A stretch of 64,000 bases of DNA, from positions 1,056,001 to 1,120,000 of the forward strand of contig OZ244732.1 in NCBI GenBank assembly GCA_965219345.1. Reading direction: 5' to 3'. This document shows, one piece after another, positions 28,819 through 38,545 of this stretch. The position numbers and the translations under genes are program-made. Source of the DNA: Nitrosopumilus sp. (GTDB lineage: Archaea > Thermoproteota > Nitrososphaeria > Nitrososphaerales > Nitrosopumilaceae). How positions within the stretch are numbered: position 1 is the first letter of the stretch; each line of letters begins with the position of its first letter. The notes below the pieces were generated by a model, which did no database searches, was not told where the DNA came from, and saw only the letters and a list, made by a program, of their open reading frames with translations.

Positions 28819-29197
28819 GGTTCTGTAACGTTATAGGCACCTGAGATATGGATCTTCTAAGGATTGAAAAATTTAAAATCCTTATTGGCATTGACTCAGA
28901 GAGGCATTTTGAATGATGGTCAAACTATAACCGTCTGGCAGTATTTGGGTATTTCTGCATCTAGCCCAAACGAACTATATCATACCAAGTATATATTAAA
29001 AATGATTAAACATTTGAGTTATTGTAAAAATCACATAAAGTAATTTTCAGTTTAATTGTATTATTTCATAATTAATGGTGCGGTATTGAGATTCAAGGTA
29101 ATGATAAATGGAAAACCTTAATTCAGAACGCCTGTAACCCGACTGAAAACACGAAGAATTGCGTCCCATAAATCGAACAGAATCACGTTACAGAACC
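28819..29197 (+). mobile_element. Degenerate IS6-like element (internally deleted/MITE-like)
   Basis: 13-bp inverted repeats GGTTCTGTAACGT (28819-28831) / ACGTTACAGAACC (29185-29197); residual transposase-like C-terminus CGIEIQGNDKWKTLIQNA at ~29079-29132. Confidence 0.6.
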
Positions 29198-29228
29198 CTT
29201 ATAAAGTACTAGTACCGTACCATACGGT

Positions 29229-30386
29229 ATGGTAGAAGATTTAAGATTAGATAGTTTAGAGGGAGTAGGTCCTGTAACTACAAGAAAAATGTCAGATGCA
29301 GGTATCCACAATATCATGGATCTAATTGTTAGAGGTCCAGTAGAAATTGCAGAGATAACTGGAATGGACAAAGATACGGCAGCAAAAATTGTCAATAAAG
29401 CCCGACAACATCTAGTTGAAGGAGGATTACTTTCTAAAGACTTTGTTAGTGCAAGTGAAATTTACAAACGCCGACAAAGTATTGGTAAAATTACAACCGG
29501 TACAAATTGTCTTGATACATTATTTGATGGTGGTATCGAAACTCAAGCCTTAACAGAAGTTTATGGAGAATTTGGTTGTGGTAAAACACAATTTGCACAT
29601 ACAATGTCTGTCATGGTTCAAAAAACCAAAGAAGAAGGTGGTCTTGGAGGCAGTGTTTTATACATTGATACTGAAAATACATTCAGACCTGAAAGAATTG
29701 TAGCAATTGCTAAAGCTCATGGAATGGATCCAGATAAAGTTCTAGATCGTATCATCGTTGCTCGTGCATATAACAGCGCACACCAAACATTGATTCTAGA
29801 AGAATCTGGCCCAGTAATTGAAGAAAATAATGTCAAACTACTAATTGCAGACTCTGCGGTTGGTTTGTTCCGTGCTGAATACCTTGGAAGAGGAACATTA
29901 TCAGTCAGACAACAAAAACTAAATCACTTTGTTCATTTATTGGTAAGAATTGCAGAAACATACGATTGTGCTGCAATTGCAACCAATCAAGTAATGGCAT
30001 CACCTGACGTCTTCTTTGGAGACCCAACCAGACCAATTGGTGGAAACGTAGTTGCACATACAAGTACCTACAGAATATACTTTAAGAAATCAGGCAAGAA
30101 ACGAATTGCTCGAATGGTAGACAGTCCTCACCATCCTGAAGAGGAGGTAATCTTTGCTCTAGGTGAGGCAGGTGTTATGGATCCTGAGGAGGCTGAGAAA
30201 AAGACAAAAAAGACTACCAAAAAGGCAAAAGAGTCTAAAGTAGAAGCTACAGCAGAAACATCTAAAGTCGAAAAAATCACTGAAACTTCAGAGGTTGAAA
30301 CTGCTACAGAAACATCTGATGTAGAACCACCCATGGAATCTATGGCCGATGCTAAATCAGATGATTCAGAACCAACTGAAGAGTAA
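29229..30386 (+). CDS. radA: DNA repair and recombination protein RadA with low-complexity C-terminal tail
   Basis: GEFGCGKTQ, YIDTENTFRPERI, RAYN and GGNVVAH motifs. Confidence 0.97.
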   Translation: MVEDLRLDSLEGVGPVTTRKMSDAGIHNIMDLIVRGPVEIAEITGMDKDTAAKIVNKARQHLVEGGLLSKDFVSASEIYKRRQSIGKITTGTNCLDTLFDGGIETQALTEVYGEFGCGKTQFAHTMSVMVQKTKEEGGLGGSVLYIDTENTFRPERIVAIAKAHGMDPDKVLDRIIVARAYNSAHQTLILEESGPVIEENNVKLLIADSAVGLFRAEYLGRGTLSVRQQKLNHFVHLLVRIAETYDCAAIATNQVMASPDVFFGDPTRPIGGNVVAHTSTYRIYFKKSGKKRIARMVDSPHHPEEEVIFALGEAGVMDPEEAEKKTKKTTKKAKESKVEATAETSKVEKITETSEVETATETSDVEPPMESMADAKSDDSEPTEE

Positions 30387-30434
30387 TTATCGTTAAATTA
30401 TAAAACAAGCTCTCCAAGTATCTGTTGATACATT

Positions 30435-31490
30435 ATGACAGATCTTTATCGTTTGCTTCCAGAAGAGATAGAACAACTAGTAATTGATATGGGTTATCCA
30501 AGATACAGATCAGACCAAATTTTACTTCCACTCTATTACAAATTTCCAAAAAATATCAATGATATACCACAACTTCCAAAAAAATTAAGAGAAGAATTAA
30601 CTGAAGCCGGATACACAATTGGTTCCGCAAAAGAGATGCATCGAGTAGTTAGTGAGGATGGAGATACAACTAAACTGTTACTTGATCTTTCTGATAATTC
30701 TTCTGTAGAGGCTGTTCTAATGCAATATCCTCCATCAAAAATTGGTGGCCATCCAAGATCAACAATTTGTGTTTCTACTCAAATTGGCTGTGCAATGGGA
30801 TGTATATTTTGTGCAACTGGTCAGATGGGATTTGAAACAAATCTCAAAGCTGAACATATTGTATCTCAAGTAATTCATTTTGCAGATATTTTACAGAAAC
30901 GGGGAGAACATGTAACAAACTTGGTTTTCATGGGAATGGGTGAACCTATGGCAAACTATGATGAGATGATTCGTGCCGTAAAGATTCTAACACATGATAG
31001 AGGTTTTGGAATTGGTCAACGAAACATCACTATCTCTACCATTGGTATTATGTCTGGAATCGACAAACTAGCTGAAGAAAATCTACAAGTTGGTCTTGCT
31101 ATATCTCTTCATGCTCCAAATAATAAACTAAGAAAAAAACTAGTTCCTACAGCAGGACCTGATTCTGTTGAAGAAATTATTGAAGCAAGCAGACGGTATT
31201 ACAAAAAAACTGGACGTCGTGTAACCTTTGAGTATGTACTAATGAAAGGAATTAATGATTCACCTGAAATTGCAGAAGATCTAGCTAGACTTTTGAAAGG
31301 TAATGGTTCTCATGTAAATCTGATTCCTATCAATCCTACTGCTGGTGATTTTCAGCGTCCAACACAGGATAACGTTCATGAATTTGAACAAATTTTGTCT
31401 AATGCTGGTGTAAACTGTACTGTTCGCGTAGAAAAAGGCACTGAGATCTCAGCTGCATGTGGTCAACTCAGAACAGATATTGTTGGATAA
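30435..31490 (+). CDS. rlmN: 23S rRNA m2A2503 radical SAM methyltransferase
   Basis: CVSTQIGCAMGCIFCATG, MGMGEP, SLHA and AACGQL motifs. Confidence 0.93.
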   Translation: MTDLYRLLPEEIEQLVIDMGYPRYRSDQILLPLYYKFPKNINDIPQLPKKLREELTEAGYTIGSAKEMHRVVSEDGDTTKLLLDLSDNSSVEAVLMQYPPSKIGGHPRSTICVSTQIGCAMGCIFCATGQMGFETNLKAEHIVSQVIHFADILQKRGEHVTNLVFMGMGEPMANYDEMIRAVKILTHDRGFGIGQRNITISTIGIMSGIDKLAEENLQVGLAISLHAPNNKLRKKLVPTAGPDSVEEIIEASRRYYKKTGRRVTFEYVLMKGINDSPEIAEDLARLLKGNGSHVNLIPINPTAGDFQRPTQDNVHEFEQILSNAGVNCTVRVEKGTEISAACGQLRTDIVG

Positions 31491-31547
31491 GTTTTCTAAA
31501 ATAATGTTCTAAGTGTTAAAATAAGGCTTTTAGAGGCTTTACACTAC

Positions 31548-31847
31548 ATGGCAACTAAGAAATCCCACGGCCGTTCACATGGATTTAAACACAAATCACG
31601 TTCTGTTATGAAGAAAAGGGCCCCAAGGGGAGTCTCATTTTTGTTACGTGAATACCATGAAGGTCAACAAGCACTTGTCATCATTGATCCTAGACAGCAC
31701 AAAGGACTGCCACACCGACGATACCACGGTAAAGTCGGTGTCATCACAAACGTTGGCAGACGTGCTATAACACTTGATGTGAAATTAGGTAATAAATCGA
31801 AAACCTTAATCACTAGATTGGATCATATCAAACCATTCGGTGTATAG
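31548..31847 (+). CDS. rpl21e: 50S ribosomal protein L21e
   Basis: KGLPHRRYHGKVG motif. Confidence 0.95.
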   Translation: MATKKSHGRSHGFKHKSRSVMKKRAPRGVSFLLREYHEGQQALVIIDPRQHKGLPHRRYHGKVGVITNVGRRAITLDVKLGNKSKTLITRLDHIKPFGV

Positions 31848-31849
31848 AT

Positions 31850-32176
31850 ATGGAAGAAGTAAAAAAGAAACAATCTATTTCTCTCTCAGAAGTTAAAGAA
31901 ATTTTGGGTCAAGTAGATGTTGAAGAAATGGATCAAATCCAACGTTGGACCTATGACTATGTTTCAAAATTTGTATCACTTGAACCTAAAGATGCAAAAA
32001 AAATGAAAAAACAACTCATGAAAGAATGTGAGTTAACAGAAGACGAGGCTGTTGAAATTGTAAACATCAGACCAACAAGTTTAGCTGAATTACGTTCTTT
32101 CACATTTGGCTGGAAAAAACTAATTCTTGCTGAAACTCTGGAAAAAATACTCAAGATAACTAAGGAGCACTCGTAA
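31850..32176 (+). CDS. rpo4: RNA polymerase subunit Rpo4 (RpoF)
   Basis: YDYVSKF...AVEIVNIRP..LAELRS; conserved L21e-rpo4-DUF655-ksgA order. Confidence 0.9.
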   Translation: MEEVKKKQSISLSEVKEILGQVDVEEMDQIQRWTYDYVSKFVSLEPKDAKKMKKQLMKECELTEDEAVEIVNIRPTSLAELRSFTFGWKKLILAETLEKILKITKEHS

Positions 32177-32196
32177 CTTTTTACGAGTATTTTATT

Positions 32197-32763
32197 TTGT
32201 ACAGGGCACAATCCCACCCTAGAAAATATGAGGAATATGCATATGTTCTAGATTTTAACCCTAGAGGAAAATCAACCACCGTAAGGGGCAGAGAAGGAAT
32301 CATGATTACAGTTATTGGAGAAGATCGTCTAACTCTTTTAGAAGTTCTTGGAGTTCCCAATTCAATATTTGAGGTAAATGAGAGAATCTATATTGGAAAA
32401 GAAGGACGAACTAAAGTCCTGTCTGTCTTGGGAAAGCTGGAATATGATAACATTTCATCATCAGCTCAAAGTGAATTAACAGCAGTAGTGGAAAATATTG
32501 TGTCTGTCAATGAATCAAAATTTGTTGAATACCTAAACAATGCACAACCATTAACGCCAAGAATTCACGCACTTGAGTTGATTCCGGGAATTGGAAAGAC
32601 CTACATGAAAATGATGCTTGAAGAAAGAGAAAAGAAAAAATTCGAAAACTACCAAGATTTACAAGAGAGAGTTGGATTTAAAGATCCAATAAAACACATT
32701 TCAGAACGAATTATGGATGAAATTACTGGTGAAAGTAGAATGAATCTCTTTGTAAAGAAATGA
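32197..32763 (+). CDS. DUF655 putative RNA-binding protein
   Basis: YEEYAYVLDF and HALELIPGIGK motifs; conserved operon context. Confidence 0.88.
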   Translation: MYRAQSHPRKYEEYAYVLDFNPRGKSTTVRGREGIMITVIGEDRLTLLEVLGVPNSIFEVNERIYIGKEGRTKVLSVLGKLEYDNISSSAQSELTAVVENIVSVNESKFVEYLNNAQPLTPRIHALELIPGIGKTYMKMMLEEREKKKFENYQDLQERVGFKDPIKHISERIMDEITGESRMNLFVKK

Positions 32764-33467
32764 TGATTAAACGAAAACAATTCGGACAACACTTTCTTAA
32801 CTCAAATTTAATAGCCAAATCAATTGTTTCAGAGGCTAAAATTACAAAAGAAGACATCGTATTTGAGTTGGGAACGGGATTGGGAATCTTAACTCCTTTG
32901 CTCTGCGAAAAAGCATACAAAGTAATCTCAGTTGATGTCGATGAAAAACTTGTTAGAAATGCAAAATCTACATTCTCTAATATTGACAATCTTATCTTAA
33001 AATCAGGTGATGGCTTTAAGAAAAAAGACTCCTTTTCTATTTTTGTATCAAATTTACCCTACTCCAAGAGTAAAGATGCAATAGAATGGCTTGCACAAAC
33101 TTCTTTCTCTCATGGTGTAATTATGGTTCAAAAAGAATTTGCTGATAAGCTACTTGCTAACTCATCAAAGAGAAAAGCGGTCAGCATAATTGCCAACTAT
33201 GCTTTTGAAATTAAGATGATCTCTAAGGTAGGAAAAAATAATTTTTCCCCCCCTCCAAAAATCGATTCTGTAATTCTAAAAATCACCCAAAAAAACACTA
33301 TGAACAAAGATCTTATTCAAACAATTAACAAAATTTTCTCATATAGACGAAAAACTATCAAAAATATTTTAAAGCAGTTCAACAAGAAAACCGTAATAGG
33401 TAAACGAGTAGATGATCTTTCAGGAGATGAAATAATCCACCTTGCAAATCAAATCCTTGAAAAATGA
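32760..33467 (+). CDS. ksgA: 16S rRNA m6,2A dimethyltransferase KsgA/Dim1
   Basis: GQHFL, ELGTGLG, SNLPY, MVQKE and FSPPPKIDS motifs. Confidence 0.93.
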   Translation: MMIKRKQFGQHFLNSNLIAKSIVSEAKITKEDIVFELGTGLGILTPLLCEKAYKVISVDVDEKLVRNAKSTFSNIDNLILKSGDGFKKKDSFSIFVSNLPYSKSKDAIEWLAQTSFSHGVIMVQKEFADKLLANSSKRKAVSIIANYAFEIKMISKVGKNNFSPPPKIDSVILKITQKNTMNKDLIQTINKIFSYRRKTIKNILKQFNKKTVIGKRVDDLSGDEIIHLANQILEK

Positions 33468-33975
33468 TGAGTATCCTCCTTCTGAGGATACTTTTTTCAT
33501 GGCAGATAATATTAAAAATGAAAAAGGAGATTTTGCATTAGATATAGGAAGTGGTTCTGGATATCTTACAAAATTACTCTCTGAAAACTTTTCTTTTGTT
33601 GTTGGAACTGACATTAATTATGAAGCATTAAAACATCAAACCTACAAAACAAAAAATCTCATCTGTTGTAACGGCTCTGATGCATTAAAAGTACAATTTG
33701 ATCTCATTGTTTGTAACCTGCCATATCTTGCAACTGATGAAATCCTGGATATTGCAACCGATGGTGGAACAGAAGGACTTGAAATACCTCTAAAAATAAT
33801 AAAATCAGCTATTCCATGCCTAAATGAATCAGGAAAACTTTTTTTTGTTACGTCTTCACTTTCAAATTACCAAGCATTAATTGGTGCAACAAAAAAAGAA
33901 GGATTAACAGCAAAAGTTCTTACAAAAAAGAAATTATTTTTTGAGGAATTAATAATTATTGAAGCAAAAAAGTGA
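33457..33975 (+). CDS. HemK2/Mtq2-like glutamine N5-methyltransferase
   Basis: YPPSEDT, DIGSGSG and NLPY motifs. Confidence 0.85.
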   Translation: MKNDEYPPSEDTFFMADNIKNEKGDFALDIGSGSGYLTKLLSENFSFVVGTDINYEALKHQTYKTKNLICCNGSDALKVQFDLIVCNLPYLATDEILDIATDGGTEGLEIPLKIIKSAIPCLNESGKLFFVTSSLSNYQALIGATKKEGLTAKVLTKKKLFFEELIIIEAKK

Positions 33976-35004
33976 TTATTTTTTTAATAGTTCTGCAGAA
34001 CGTTTTGCAATCGCATTTGCCATCTCACTTGTTTTGGCATTACCGTCAATATCATACGTTACAAATTTTCCTTCATTAATTACTTCATCTGTGGCTTTGA
34101 AAACTGCATCCTTAATTTCAGGTTCACCCAGATATTCTGTCATCCATGCCCCTGACAAAATTGCTGCAGTAGGGTTTACTTTATCCATTCCTTTGTATTT
34201 TGGCGCACTTCCATGTGCTGGCTCAAACATAGCATAACTGTCACCAATATTTGCAGAGTAAACATTTCCAATTGAACCAATACTACCAGAAGCACATTCT
34301 GATATGATATCCATAAACAGATTTGTACTTAATAAAACAGAATTATTGAATCTCTCAGGATTTTTCACCAATTGTTGGGTCATATTGTCAATATAGTATT
34401 CTTCAATCCCAATTCCTGGGTTTTCTTGTGCCGCTCTTTGTACTTCACTCCAAAAAATTCCATCAGTTCTTTTTAGAATATTTCTTTTTGTAACTGCTGT
34501 TACTTTTTTTAATCCATATTTTTTTGCCCATTCAAATGCCGAATCTACTATTCTTTTACAACCTTTTCTTGTTATTTTTCTAATAGCTATGGCAGAATCT
34601 TCAGATGTGTTAAACTCAATTCCTGCATACAATCCCTCTGTTGCTTCCCTAAAACATACAAAATCAAGCTTTGTATTTGGTGAAAGTCTATCATATGTTT
34701 TAATGGGTCTAACATTTGCATACAGCTCAAATTTTTGTCGTGTAGAAACAGCTACACTTCTTGGAGCATTTGGTGATGGTATAGTTGTAGTGGGGCCTTT
34801 ATAGCATGCATCACTTTCTTCCATGATCTTTGATGTAGCATCAGGAATGTATGTGGCTCCGCCATTTTTTTCCCATTGTTCTGAGCCTGCTTCACAGAGA
34901 ATAAGCTCAATTTGTGTATTACAAGCTTTTAAGACATGAATCATGGCATCAACTAATTCAGGACCGGTTCCGTCACCATTAATCACGGCTGCTTTTTTAC
35001 CCAT
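33976..35004 (-). CDS. Isocitrate/isopropylmalate dehydrogenase family protein
   Basis: GDGTGPE, LYANVRP, REATEGLY and FEPAHGSAP motifs. Confidence 0.9.
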   Translation of the reverse strand: MGKKAAVINGDGTGPELVDAMIHVLKACNTQIELILCEAGSEQWEKNGGATYIPDATSKIMEESDACYKGPTTTIPSPNAPRSVAVSTRQKFELYANVRPIKTYDRLSPNTKLDFVCFREATEGLYAGIEFNTSEDSAIAIRKITRKGCKRIVDSAFEWAKKYGLKKVTAVTKRNILKRTDGIFWSEVQRAAQENPGIGIEEYYIDNMTQQLVKNPERFNNSVLLSTNLFMDIISECASGSIGSIGNVYSANIGDSYAMFEPAHGSAPKYKGMDKVNPTAAILSGAWMTEYLGEPEIKDAVFKATDEVINEGKFVTYDIDGNAKTSEMANAIAKRSAELLKK

Positions 35005-35125
35005 TTCAGCGAGATTTGCGACTGAGCGTATTTAATTCTACTCTTGTCTCATAACTTGATTTTTTTAATGACTTTTTTCTATAAGAGTAATTTATTAACA
35101 TAATTTGGTTTTATTTTGATAGAAG

Positions 35126-35872
35126 ATGATTATTGTTCAGCTCTCTGATCTTCATGTAGGTTCTCAATTTCAACCGGAAGTATTTGAAATAATAGTCAAG
35201 GAAGTCAATGAACTAAATCCTGATGTGATTGTAATTACTGGTGATCTAACAAATGAAGGATTAATGAAAGAATATGAAAAATGTAAATCACTGTTGACAA
35301 AATTTAACACAAAAAAAATTATCTCAATTAGTGGAAATCATGATTATAGAAACACAGGTTATTTGTTGTTTAAAAAATTCTTTCCATTTCAAGCGGTCAA
35401 CGAATTAGACAATGATATTGTTTTAGTAACTGTTGGAACTGCTAGACCTGATAGAAATGAAGGTGAAGTTGGATATAGACAAAATTTATGGTTGGGCAGA
35501 ACTATGAAAAAATACAAAGACAAAGTAAAAATTGTAGCAATGCATCATCATTTAATTCCAATTCCTGATACTGGTTCTGATCAGCTTACTGTTGTTGATG
35601 CCGGTGATATTCTAAGAACAGTTTTGGATACCCAAGTTGATGTAGTTTTGTGTGGGCACAAACATAGGCCTTGGGCTTGGAATTTTGGAAAACTTACAGT
35701 TGTTAACGCCGGAACTGCCACATCTGAACGAGTTCGTGGATTGTTTGAAAATACCTACAACATTCTTACTGTTTCTAACAAAAAGGTACAAGTAGATCTC
35801 AAAATTGTAGGTGGAAAAAGACTACCTATTGATGAAATTGTAACTAATTATAGCCAATTTAGCGAAGAGTGA
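35126..35872 (+). CDS. Calcineurin-like metallophosphoesterase
   Basis: SDLH, TGD, GNHD, HHH and GHKH motifs. Confidence 0.9.
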   Translation: MIIVQLSDLHVGSQFQPEVFEIIVKEVNELNPDVIVITGDLTNEGLMKEYEKCKSLLTKFNTKKIISISGNHDYRNTGYLLFKKFFPFQAVNELDNDIVLVTVGTARPDRNEGEVGYRQNLWLGRTMKKYKDKVKIVAMHHHLIPIPDTGSDQLTVVDAGDILRTVLDTQVDVVLCGHKHRPWAWNFGKLTVVNAGTATSERVRGLFENTYNILTVSNKKVQVDLKIVGGKRLPIDEIVTNYSQFSEE

Positions 35873-35905
35873 ATTTATTTACAGATTAATTCTAGGCATC
35901 CTTAT

Positions 35906-35992
35906 GCGGGGGTCGCCTAGCCTGGTAGGGCGTGGGATTGCTAATTCCATGTCCGCAAGGACACGGGGGTTCGAATCCCCCTCCCCGCGCCA
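35906..35992 (+). tRNA. tRNA-Ser(GCT)
   Basis: Cloverleaf GCGGGGG...TTGCTAA anticodon loop; long variable arm TGTCCGCAAGGACA; GGTTCGAATCC; encoded CCA. Confidence 0.95.
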
Positions 35993-36034
35993 TTAAAAAT
36001 TAAACTTAATAGACAGATGAAAGAAGTTTTTTCA

Positions 36035-36196
36035 ATGGGACGAAGAAAAACTCAAAAAATTATTCGAACTAGTCCTAAAAATGCAACAACTGGAATGTGT
36101 CCTTTGTGTAGAACAATTGGTAAGATTTTCCTTCTTGGCTCACCTGGAAAAGAGAGAGCAAAATGTGAAAAATGTCGCCAAGAGTTTGAATTATAG
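36035..36196 (+). CDS. Small basic Zn-ribbon protein (53 aa; absent from ORF track)
   Basis: MGRRKTQK...CPLC...CEKC. Confidence 0.7.
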   Translation: MGRRKTQKIIRTSPKNATTGMCPLCRTIGKIFLLGSPGKERAKCEKCRQEFEL

Positions 36197-36271
36197 CTAG
36201 TAAGGTCCCAGCCTACATATCAAAATATCTACCCATAGCTTTTTAAGACAATTTTTTCTTTATAGATAATT

Positions 36272-36442
36272 ATGAGTTCAGAAGCTGAAACCATCTATGA
36301 AAGGGTTGCAAAACTTGAAGATGAAATTGCATTACTCAGAAGTGAAGTTGATATTCTCAAAGGAGCAGTAAGAAATAAAATTGCCCGACATGAAATATCA
36401 ATGATCAAGAAAGGTCAGGAAATAGATTCAATCATTGATTAA
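36272..36442 (+). CDS. Small coiled-coil protein (56 aa; absent from ORF track)
   Basis: MSSEAETIYERVAKLEDEIALLRSEVDILK heptad pattern; TTTAAG box upstream. Confidence 0.65.
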   Translation: MSSEAETIYERVAKLEDEIALLRSEVDILKGAVRNKIARHEISMIKKGQEIDSIID

Positions 36443-37257
36443 TTTTTTGTCTTTATACTTCGTATCATTTCTAAAATAAAATCTATATCTTCCGCGTTTG
36501 GATTGATTTCTAAATATTTGTTCAAATATTTCAATGCAGTTTCAGAGTTTAGTAATCTTTCTTCCAGAATTCCTTTATCTCTGACATCTTCTGGAGATTC
36601 AGGTTCAATTGCCAAAACCATGTTAGTACATCGCAGTGCCTTGTCATAAGCAAATGATTGTATATAGGAATTTTTCAAGTTACGAGTCATTCTTACAAGA
36701 ATTTGTTCTGAATTTATCTCATCAAGAAATTCTGGTTTAAATTCTAACTGTCCATCAAAATTAGTATCTAGTATTCCCTGCAAATCGTCAATATCTAATA
36801 AATTCCCATCATAAAATGGGTCTAAAATCATCTCTTCATTGTATTTAACCAGAATGTGACTTGGAAATCCAACAATTTTAAGATCTAATCCAATAATCTT
36901 TGCAACTTCAACATAAAGAATTGAAATGGTAATGGGAAGGCCTACTTTTTTATCAATGACTTCATTTAGAAAATTATTCTTTGGATTAAAGTAATCATTA
37001 TCATCTCCACTAAAGCCTAAATTTTCAAAGAGATGCTCATTCAACATTGAAATTAGATATGTTGGATTTTTTACGTCACTGATTGACTCTTTTAGTGATG
37101 CCCCTATTCGATTTATCTCCTGAATGTATTCATCTACATCTAGATCGGGGTATTCTAAAATTTGAGCAAATTTCAGACATTTTTCAACTAGGTTGAAGTT
37201 TAGATTTTTAACAAATGAAGACCATTCTGCAACAAATGGATCAAATTTTTCTTCCAA
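36439..37257 (-). CDS. SirB1/YchA-like transglutaminase-like plus TPR protein
   Basis: GFSGD..DYFNPKN.FLNEVI...GLPITISILY, GFPSH and DPF motifs; C-terminal TPR. Confidence 0.85.
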   Translation of the reverse strand: MEEKFDPFVAEWSSFVKNLNFNLVEKCLKFAQILEYPDLDVDEYIQEINRIGASLKESISDVKNPTYLISMLNEHLFENLGFSGDDNDYFNPKNNFLNEVIDKKVGLPITISILYVEVAKIIGLDLKIVGFPSHILVKYNEEMILDPFYDGNLLDIDDLQGILDTNFDGQLEFKPEFLDEINSEQILVRMTRNLKNSYIQSFAYDKALRCTNMVLAIEPESPEDVRDKGILEERLLNSETALKYLNKYLEINPNAEDIDFILEMIRSIKTKN

Positions 37258-37260
37258 CTA

Positions 37261-38472
37261 TTACAAACTCATCTTTTTGAGATATAATTGAGGATCCTTG
37301 AGCTCTCTTGTGTTTGGAGGAACTTCAATCATTTTTTTGAAGGTGTCTTTGCCTAATTTTTCATATATTGCTCTGGTAAAGTCTTTCCCCATACTCTTTC
37401 TGACTTGATATGACGAAAAATCCGTCCCCATAAACGTGGTAAGATAATTTTGAAAATCTTTATCATCTTTTAAAATACTTTCAATTGCAAAACCAGCCAT
37501 TCCTTCCATTGCTGTAAATGCTGCATGGTGCTGTTGAATCGGAACAAGCCATTTCTTGTAAGTACCTAAAAGTTGTGGAATTAATTCTTCTATCTTTGGA
37601 TCCATCTCTACATGTGTAAATGTCATAACATCTGGTCCAATCTGTTCAATTAAGAAATGGTCTGGATTCAAAAAGAAAAATAGATTTGCTTTTTTTGCAA
37701 ATGGAAAGTCGTCTGGCACTGTCTGTAACTGGCAATATTCTGAAAGCTTGTTGACAGTTTCAGTATCAAGTGATAAAATAATACTTGCTAGTTCTTCATT
37801 GATTTTGTTTACTTCCATTGCAGCATTCTTATTTACCTGCTGTAGATTTTCTTGTGCAGAGTGAATTAATTCTTCTAATACTGTCATCTTCACTGCTCCA
37901 TGATAACCAGAATTTACATCTTCAAATCTTGATTCATATGGCTCTCCTTGCTTATAGAGAATTATCTGTGGATATTTTGATAAAATAAATTTGTTTAGAT
38001 AAATTACAGAATCAAGATAATCTCCATATGTTGTTGTAATTTTAGATATGTACTGAATTGCATATGTTGAATATACTAGATACTTTGCTGTATCTTGTTG
38101 CATCAATTCTGCAATCTTTTTCAGATCTTCTTTTGCAACTGCATTAAATAATTCTATTACAAAATCTTTTGACTCTTTATCTGCAAATACTTTGTTGCCT
38201 TTCAATCTCTTTAAATCTTCTAACTCTGGGAATTTTAATTCTAAATTATCTGGAACTTTAACTCCCAAAAATTCTTCTATCTTGTCTTTGTAAATTGGAA
38301 AAACTTCATTGGCAATATCTTCTAATTCTTTGAACTGTACTTTATCTGCAAGGCCCTCTTTAGCCTTGATTGCTAATTTTGTGATCTCTTTTTCTTCGTC
38401 AAGCTCAACTGATAATTGGCCAAACAGGGCTTCGGCAAATTCTTCAAATTCTCCCAATTTGCATAAAATCAA
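37261..38472 (-). CDS. Hypothetical protein, zincin-like (DUF2342-like) with degenerate metal motif
   Basis: VLEELIHSAQ (EExxH) and AMEGMAGF motifs. Confidence 0.55.
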   Translation of the reverse strand: MILCKLGEFEEFAEALFGQLSVELDEEKEITKLAIKAKEGLADKVQFKELEDIANEVFPIYKDKIEEFLGVKVPDNLELKFPELEDLKRLKGNKVFADKESKDFVIELFNAVAKEDLKKIAELMQQDTAKYLVYSTYAIQYISKITTTYGDYLDSVIYLNKFILSKYPQIILYKQGEPYESRFEDVNSGYHGAVKMTVLEELIHSAQENLQQVNKNAAMEVNKINEELASIILSLDTETVNKLSEYCQLQTVPDDFPFAKKANLFFFLNPDHFLIEQIGPDVMTFTHVEMDPKIEELIPQLLGTYKKWLVPIQQHHAAFTAMEGMAGFAIESILKDDKDFQNYLTTFMGTDFSSYQVRKSMGKDFTRAIYEKLGKDTFKKMIEVPPNTRELKDPQLYLKKMSL

Positions 38473-38545
38473 AAAATACTACATTTAACATTATCTTGAT
38501 TTTAATTCTGTACAATTATTTAATATTCTTCCTTAAAGAAACCAT

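Noticed and set aside
35906-35992. tRNA-Ser as an integration site
   Set aside because: No duplicated tRNA 3' end or adjacent integrase seen.
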